Assembly (NCBI GenBank): GCA_039030515.1
Contig: JBCCEA010000016.1
Location: 1 to 64,000, forward strand
DNA: 64,000 nt
Direction of reading: 5' to 3'
DNA from: Myxococcota bacterium
GTDB lineage: Bacteria > Myxococcota_A > Polyangia > Polyangiales > Houyiibacteriaceae
Shown: positions 58,298 to 64,000 of the stretch, in pieces
Numbering within the stretch: position 1 is the first letter of the stretch
How the letters are laid out: every line of letters begins with the position of its first letter
The notes under the pieces: model-generated
Seen by the model: only the letters and a program-made list of their open reading frames with translations
Told to the model about the DNA's origin: nothing
The model's database searches: none
Program-made: the position numbers and the translations under genes

Positions 58298-58975
58298 CTA
58301 GGCCGGACGGCTGCCAAAAATACTGGAGCCAATTCGAACCACGGTCGCCCCCTCCTCGATCGCGACCTCGAAGTCCTGGCTCATCCCCATCGAGAGGTCT
58401 TTGAGCCCGAGCGACTCGGCCCGCTCCCGAATCCGCTGAAACGTAGGCCGTGCCGCTTCAGGATCTTCCTCTGCCGAGGGGATCACCATCAGCCCACGTA
58501 CATCGAGCGCGCTCAGCTCCCGGACCTGCGCGACAAGTTCATCCAAACGATCTGGTGGACACCCAGACTTTTGAGGCTCCGAAGAGAGCTTGGTCTGCAC
58601 AAACACCTCGGTGCAGGTGCCGGCCTCTTGCGAGAGCCGCGCCAGCCGCTGGGCCAACCGAATCGAATCGACGGTGTGTACCGAAGCGCCGATGCGAACC
58701 ACATCTCGTACCTTGTTGCGCTGAAGATGCCCGATGAGGCAAAAACGGATGTCCGGCAGATCGCGGAGCGCGTCGAATTTTTCGACCATTTCTTGGACGT
58801 AGTTCTCACCAAAATCTCGTTGTCCTAGCGCATACGCCGCGCGAATGAATTCCGGGCGATGGCGCTTGCTGACGGCTACCAAACGGACCTCGGCAGGATC
58901 GCGCCCTACCCTCAGACAGGCGCTCCGGATCCGCGTGCGAATTGCCTCAAGCCGGCTCGGCAAAGTGTCGTTCAT
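58298..58975 (-). CDS. yggS: PLP homeostasis protein YggS/PLPBP
   Basis: LVAVSK, FGENYVQE, IGHLQRNK, LSMGMSQDFEVAIEEGAT.VRIGSSIFG; TGATG overlap with maf. Confidence 0.96.
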   Translation of the reverse strand: MNDTLPSRLEAIRTRIRSACLRVGRDPAEVRLVAVSKRHRPEFIRAAYALGQRDFGENYVQEMVEKFDALRDLPDIRFCLIGHLQRNKVRDVVRIGASVHTVDSIRLAQRLARLSQEAGTCTEVFVQTKLSSEPQKSGCPPDRLDELVAQVRELSALDVRGLMVIPSAEEDPEAARPTFQRIRERAESLGLKDLSMGMSQDFEVAIEEGATVVRIGSSIFGSRPA

Positions 58976-59631
58976 CAAGGCCATCGTGAAATCGCACCGT
59001 GGCGACGCAAAAGGGCGATCGTTCGGGAAGACGGTAAGCCCACCACGTTATCGTAGCAGCCCGAGATTTCGTCTACGAGCCCGGCGCCGAGTCCCTGAAT
59101 GGCATAGCCGCCCGCTTTGTCCATCCCCTCGCCCGTCGCCACGTAGTCAGAGCGTTCTTGCTCGCTCAAAGAACGGAAGCGAACTTCTGTTTGACACATG
59201 CAGGTTTCGAGAATCGCCGGATCTGTATCAACCAGGCCAAGCGTCACTGCGGTACCCACCCGATGGGTTCGCCCGGAGAGACGATGCAAAAAAGAAGCAC
59301 ACTCTGCAGGGTCCTGGGGTTTTCCCATGAGCTCGCAAACTGGAATTTCGTCATCATGCATGCTGTTTTTGTGTGCTTTATATTCCAAAAAAATCGACGT
59401 ATCCGCAGCAAGCACGAAACAAGGCTCAACGACTCGATCAAGAGCCAAACGCGCCATGACGTGCATCGCCTTCTCTTGAGCCACCCGGCACACGTACGCA
59501 GGGGCAAGCTCACCCTGGTGCGGCGTTTCATCAATATCTGCTGCAATGGCGATATGGGGAATGCCGAGTCTGTTGAGAATATCCCTGCGACGCGGTGACG
59601 CAGAGGCGAGAACTAGCTGTGGGTCAGTCAT
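58975..59631 (-). CDS. maf: Maf-family nucleoside triphosphate pyrophosphatase
   Basis: LVLASASPRR, LAADT, GKP, LSGRTH, DKAGGYAIQG, NVVGLP. Confidence 0.95.
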   Translation of the reverse strand: MTDPQLVLASASPRRRDILNRLGIPHIAIAADIDETPHQGELAPAYVCRVAQEKAMHVMARLALDRVVEPCFVLAADTSIFLEYKAHKNSMHDDEIPVCELMGKPQDPAECASFLHRLSGRTHRVGTAVTLGLVDTDPAILETCMCQTEVRFRSLSEQERSDYVATGEGMDKAGGYAIQGLGAGLVDEISGCYDNVVGLPSSRTIALLRRHGAISRWP

Positions 59632-59731
59632 CTGCCGCTCTCGACGGGCGCCCTGGGATCGAACTCTCGATCACACGTCTTTCGCGCCACGCTACGCTGC
59701 CCGGTCGCACCGAACTGTCTGAGCTGCGCAA

Positions 59732-61393
59732 TCAGTTCCGCTCCTCAAAGTAACGTCGATACTTGCGCACATAGGTGCGACTGACCTGTTCCGGATCGAG
59801 CAGCAGGTATTTTGCAAACTCTATGATGAATCCTCGAACGTACACCGAAGCGGGCAACTGATCAAAAGCGTCCTCTTCGATGGCAAGAAGATGACTCACG
59901 CTGACCTTCGTTCGTTTACTCACGTCCTTTAGATCGATGCGCTGCGACTCGCGCACCGCTCGAAGCAATGGCCCGGTGAACTCCGTATCGGGTGTGATGG
60001 CGGGAGGCGGCATCGACGTTCGGGGCTCTTCGGGAACCGTTTCGATCTCGGGGGACGGTTCACTCGGGAACACACTCAGCTCGTACGGACGCCGTCGCGC
60101 GGGATCGAGAAGCACGTCATATGCCTCGTCAAGCCGGGTGCGCAGTGCCGTGATTCCAGCATCGTCGAATAGTCCGTAGCAGCATAACGAGTCCAAGGAA
60201 TACACTTCACGCGCACGCTTGTACGCCCTGCGTATCTCCTCATCATTGGCACCGCGGGCCACTTCGACGAGGTCGTGGTGACTTTCCGGAGGCGCGGCGC
60301 TCGACGCCTCACGTCGCTCGGTTCCCGCCTCGATGGACAGCGCGCGTCGTGCGATCTTTTCGATACTCTTGCTGGCTCGGGTTCCTGGGCTCTCGACAAG
60401 CAGGGGTCTTGAGGCTCGAACGCAGCTCCATACGGTATCGTCGTAATCGATGTAACCGAGGTAGTCGAGGTGGAGTGCCAAGCGACGCCGCGCTGCACTG
60501 CGCATCCTATCGCCCAGTTCTAAATCGGCGCGAAGCCGGGTCTGGTTCAACACCATGCGAAAACGGAAGGTAGCCATCGCATCGCGAACGATGTCGGCAA
60601 GCGCACCTCCCTGCTTTTCTAGGTGGCGAAGCACGTCCAGCGCCGGAGGTGCCTTGCCTATGTCGCGTACCAGGGTCATGAGCCGAGATCGCAGGCGCGG
60701 TTCCTTTACGACGCGCTGCGCATGACGCATGAACGCGTAGCGCATAAATCGGTAGGTATTCTCGATGGCGGTCGGCTCGGGAAGCGTGACAAAAAGGGCA
60801 AGGTCTGCCTGAAGCCAACAATCAAGCATGCTTCGTCGAAAACCAGCCCCAAGATCGACAACAAGGTACTCCGCTTCAAGCTGCCGCAAATTACGATAGA
60901 GGCCATCTCTCATCGACAAGCGTGCGGTCTTGGACGTGGGCTCATCTAGACCCGCGTGAAGGAGCTTGAGACCCGGGATGGGGGTATCGCGTAGACGCCA
61001 CGCGCCCGTCTGGTCCGGATCTGCCGAAAATCGATCGAGGGCCGGTCGTGGTGGCTCACGGTAACGGGGAAACGTGTGCGCGGGAGGTTGATAGGTTGCG
61101 ATAGGCCTCGGTGACGACACGCCTAAAAAGGTATGTAAGCTGGATCCGGTTGAATCCGCATCGACGACGATAACTTGCCTACCTATCGTCGCCAGGTAGA
61201 GCGCTAGGTTGGCCGAAAAAAGAGACTTGCCGACCCCGCCTTTGGCGCCTGAAATCGCGATCACTCGCTGCGGTTTGAGCCCTGGGCGAAACCCGGGCGG
61301 TGGTGTACCTCCGGAACATTCTTCTTCCACGGCAGCACTACCGGCACCTGCGTCTCGAAGAACTTCGAGCTCTTCGCATGCTCTCTCGATCAT
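59732..61393 (-). CDS. MinD/FlhG-like ATPase fused to a J-like domain and a RodZ-type HTH (start uncertain)
   Basis: KGGVGKS, VVDAD, VVDLGAG, PEPTAIENTYRF; EEIRRAYKR...EAYDVLLDPARRRPY; LRAVRES...LAIEED.F..LPASVYVRGF. Confidence 0.88.
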   Translation of the reverse strand: MIERACEELEVLRDAGAGSAAVEEECSGGTPPPGFRPGLKPQRVIAISGAKGGVGKSLFSANLALYLATIGRQVIVVDADSTGSSLHTFLGVSSPRPIATYQPPAHTFPRYREPPRPALDRFSADPDQTGAWRLRDTPIPGLKLLHAGLDEPTSKTARLSMRDGLYRNLRQLEAEYLVVDLGAGFRRSMLDCWLQADLALFVTLPEPTAIENTYRFMRYAFMRHAQRVVKEPRLRSRLMTLVRDIGKAPPALDVLRHLEKQGGALADIVRDAMATFRFRMVLNQTRLRADLELGDRMRSAARRRLALHLDYLGYIDYDDTVWSCVRASRPLLVESPGTRASKSIEKIARRALSIEAGTERREASSAAPPESHHDLVEVARGANDEEIRRAYKRAREVYSLDSLCCYGLFDDAGITALRTRLDEAYDVLLDPARRRPYELSVFPSEPSPEIETVPEEPRTSMPPPAITPDTEFTGPLLRAVRESQRIDLKDVSKRTKVSVSHLLAIEEDAFDQLPASVYVRGFIIEFAKYLLLDPEQVSRTYVRKYRRYFEERN

Positions 61394-61581
61394 CTGCGCA
61401 TGTGGGTACCAAGCGCTTCTCCGACACGCAAACCGAGACCAAACGCCCTGGCCGCGAACCTCTTCGTTTTGAGATCGCTCCGTTTCCTAAACCGAACGGA
61501 CGTCACGTTCGAATGCATCACGTGCTGCGGTGTTTCCGCGGATACCCGCAACCCGAGGGCAGTCCACTCGATAAGGAAGGT

Positions 61582-63189
61582 ATGAGTCGCATGTCGATCC
61601 TTTGTTGCACGCTCTTCGGGTGCATCGATACCGCGGGAATTGAGCCTTCAGAGGTCAAAGAGAAGTCTTCCGACGCCAGCATTCACGAGACACCCACCCC
61701 AGCGGTCGTCGACGCTTATGCCACGGACTATCGAGGTCACACAGTGCCGCTCCAAGAGCTGCCCTTGCGGCCGCGATTTCATCTAGTGGTTCGCGATATC
61801 GAACCTTCGAAACCGGGATCGATTCATCTTTTCCTGCCCGGCGATCTCGACAAGATCCTCAAAGACCTAGCGAGGGCACCGATCCTCAGTCGGCATCTCG
61901 AACTGTCCCATCCGATCGACGTCGTCTTTGGCGAAAAGCGCATTGACGTCACGCCGATCGAGGCCCTCACGGCAGGCCAGGAATACGTCCTTGCGGTAGC
62001 AGGATGGGCAGGGTCCGGCGAGGCGCGACTCGAGGCCCCGCACCATACAGAGGTTCGGGTTTCTTCAGGCTCCCCGGGCGCTGAAGTGCTCGAGTCCTTC
62101 CCCGCAGACGGAACGGCCGGAGTACCGATCGACCTCGCCAGCATCGCGTTACGATTTAGCGATACGGTGCACTTCGCGAGCGGCTCAGTCGAACTGCGCG
62201 ATCCGGACCAACGCACGGTGCCGGTAGTTACAAAAAACGCGTCGTGCATCGACCTGGGCTGGAGCGAGGGCTTCTGCGTCGAAGTGTCTCCCGCAGAGCA
62301 GCTCCGCCTCGATGCGGACTACAGCCTGCATCTCAGTGCTCAGGTCTCAGACCGTCACGGTGCTCCGGTAGGCCCCTGGGAGATGCGTTTTCGTACGGGA
62401 GTCAGCCCGGCGCTCAGCTGGGTACCGTTGACGTGCGCCATTCACGAGACGGAGACCGAGTTTGGATGCGTCCTGATAGACGACAGTTCGGCCTTTCTAC
62501 GGCTTCAGACAAATCTACCGAGTCGCTTTCAAATCATTTTGGACAGCCATCTGCTCGTAGGAACCGCACCTCGGGGCGCCGCTGAATTCCAGATCGATGT
62601 CGGGACGCCTCAAACCGACATCGTCGCCATCGTGGAAGCGAATGGACTCAATGGTGCACAGCTGAATCATTGGTTGGAGCTTCAAACCACGGAACCCTTG
62701 GCGACACTCTCTATCGACGAAATACTCTCCAACCCACTCGGTCCAGAGCCGCGACAGGAGTGGGTCGAGATCTGGAACTATGGTCCCGACCCCGTCGACT
62801 TGGCAGGATTCAACCTAAGCGACCGAGCAGACCGTGAGGGAGATTTCTTCGCTGCAGGACAAATCCTGGCGCCCGGTGCTCGGGCACTCATCGTATCCGC
62901 TTCTTTTGCGGCATCCGAGAGCGCGGAGGCACCGATTCCTGCCGGAACGCCTTTACTGAGCGTAGACAACTCGTTGGCCAGCGGAGGGCTGACCAACTCT
63001 GGTGAGCCGCTCTGGCTTCGTGACTCGGCACAGCGGCGCATTTCGGCCGCACCGGCCACACCACCTCCCGCAGCAGGCGTCTGTCGGATTCGGACCTCTC
63101 CCAATCGTCGATCGGGGCAACCGGGCACGTTCGGCTACGACCCGCGTAGCTCATGCACCCCAGGTCGCGCTACAAAGCCGAAGTCGTAA
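61582..63189 (+). CDS. Lipoprotein with Ig-like (Big_5-type) and lamin-tail domains
   Basis: AAGGAAGG RBS; LFGC lipobox; FPADGTAGVP...LRFSDTV; IDEILSNP..QEWVEIWNYG..VDLAGFNLSD..LTNSGE. Confidence 0.8.
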   Translation: MSRMSILCCTLFGCIDTAGIEPSEVKEKSSDASIHETPTPAVVDAYATDYRGHTVPLQELPLRPRFHLVVRDIEPSKPGSIHLFLPGDLDKILKDLARAPILSRHLELSHPIDVVFGEKRIDVTPIEALTAGQEYVLAVAGWAGSGEARLEAPHHTEVRVSSGSPGAEVLESFPADGTAGVPIDLASIALRFSDTVHFASGSVELRDPDQRTVPVVTKNASCIDLGWSEGFCVEVSPAEQLRLDADYSLHLSAQVSDRHGAPVGPWEMRFRTGVSPALSWVPLTCAIHETETEFGCVLIDDSSAFLRLQTNLPSRFQIILDSHLLVGTAPRGAAEFQIDVGTPQTDIVAIVEANGLNGAQLNHWLELQTTEPLATLSIDEILSNPLGPEPRQEWVEIWNYGPDPVDLAGFNLSDRADREGDFFAAGQILAPGARALIVSASFAASESAEAPIPAGTPLLSVDNSLASGGLTNSGEPLWLRDSAQRRISAAPATPPPAAGVCRIRTSPNRRSGQPGTFGYDPRSSCTPGRATKPKS

Positions 63190-63336
63190 ACCAAGGCCCA
63201 ATCCTCAAGTAGCGATTAACCTAAGGGCTCCACCAAACCTATGGACACGGCCTATGGGAGGTCGCCCGAACGTGCATCTAGATCTGGCGTCAAAAAGCGG
63301 AAGCAGACACGCGCGAGTTGGCTCCCTAGAGGGCGC

Positions 63337-64000
63337 ATGACTCCAAGAGCCTTTGAGACCTCGATCCCTCGAGCAGGGTCACCTGCAGAGGAGACCTTCG
63401 ACATGGTCGTGGAGGAAATCGTGTTCCAGAGTGCGGATGGCGAGTACACCGTCATCCGAGGCCGATCCGAAGAAGCGCAGCGAGAGTCTGCTGCTCCGAC
63501 CGCCGTTGGAAATCTCGGAACGGTGCGCGTCGGGGAAACCCTCCGGCTGCAGGGGCAGTTCCGAGACCATCCGACCTACGGGCGGCGCTTCCAAGTGCGC
63601 TCTTTTGCTCCGGTCACACCCGATACCGAGACGGGCATCAAACGTTATCTCGGCTCTGGGCTGGTTCCCGGGGTGGGCCCAAAGATCGCCGAGCGACTGG
63701 TAGAGGCGTTCGGAACGCAAACCCTCGAGGTCATCGCCGAGCATCGAGACAAGCTTCTCGAGGTCGAAGGCATTGGCGGTCGTCGAGCAGAGGCGATATC
63801 GGACGCTGTGCTCGCGCGTCGCGCGGAGGTCGCGCAGCTTGGTTTTTTGCACGGCTTGGGGCTCGGTCCGGCAACGGCCAACCGCGTGCTCAGGCGATAC
63901 GGAGCCGAAGCCTCGCGAGTCGTTCGAGACAACCCTTATCGAATCGCAGAAGAAGTCCCGGGGCTCGGTTTCAAAATGGCCGATCGAATCGGCACCGCGG
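63337..64000 (+). CDS. recD2: ATP-dependent RecD2-like DNA helicase, 5' part (runs off the window; frame open from 63241)
   Basis: Hand translation: VEEIVFQSADGEYTV...HPTYGRRF...GIKRYLGSGLVPGVGPKIAERLVEAFG...VEGIG...DNPYRIAEEVPGLGFKMADRIG. Confidence 0.92.
   Translation, partial: MTPRAFETSIPRAGSPAEETFDMVVEEIVFQSADGEYTVIRGRSEEAQRESAAPTAVGNLGTVRVGETLRLQGQFRDHPTYGRRFQVRSFAPVTPDTETGIKRYLGSGLVPGVGPKIAERLVEAFGTQTLEVIAEHRDKLLEVEGIGGRRAEAISDAVLARRAEVAQLGFLHGLGLGPATANRVLRRYGAEASRVVRDNPYRIAEEVPGLGFKMADRIGTA

Overview
Gene-dense, roughly 60% GC bacterial chromosome segment. The gene content points to Myxococcota (inference): several Ser/Thr kinases, FHA/GAF sigma54 activators, tandem bactofilins, Cys-rich lipoproteins and a MYXO-CTERM-like tail. 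Main blocks: an XRE-HTH + pilMNOPQ type IV pilus operon; a LysM-M15 peptidase; a kinase plus giant kinase-NTPase-TPR-GAF-sigma54 activator locus; MoxR/DUF58/DUF4350; rsmA; an LppC-like lipoprotein; a bactofilin-pyrE-HEAT-FHA activator cluster; gshA; tyrS; IHF/HU; metB; an RRM protein; a partial nuo operon (A-B-C-D-G-H-I); a matrixin; an AGCS symporter; pepP; proC; yggS; maf; a MinD/FlhG-J-like-HTH fusion; a lamin-tail lipoprotein; and the 5' part of recD2. The strongest non-coding signal is a c-di-GMP-I (GEMM-I) riboswitch at about 51228-51306 that overlaps the ribosome-binding site of an unusual secreted metalloprotease. Other notable items are a 10-Cys repeat insertion in the AGCS transporter, a palindrome covering the pil promoter, and a 16-bp intergenic tandem array. 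I saw no tRNA, rRNA, CRISPR array or mobile element. All calls come from reading motifs by eye, not from database searches.
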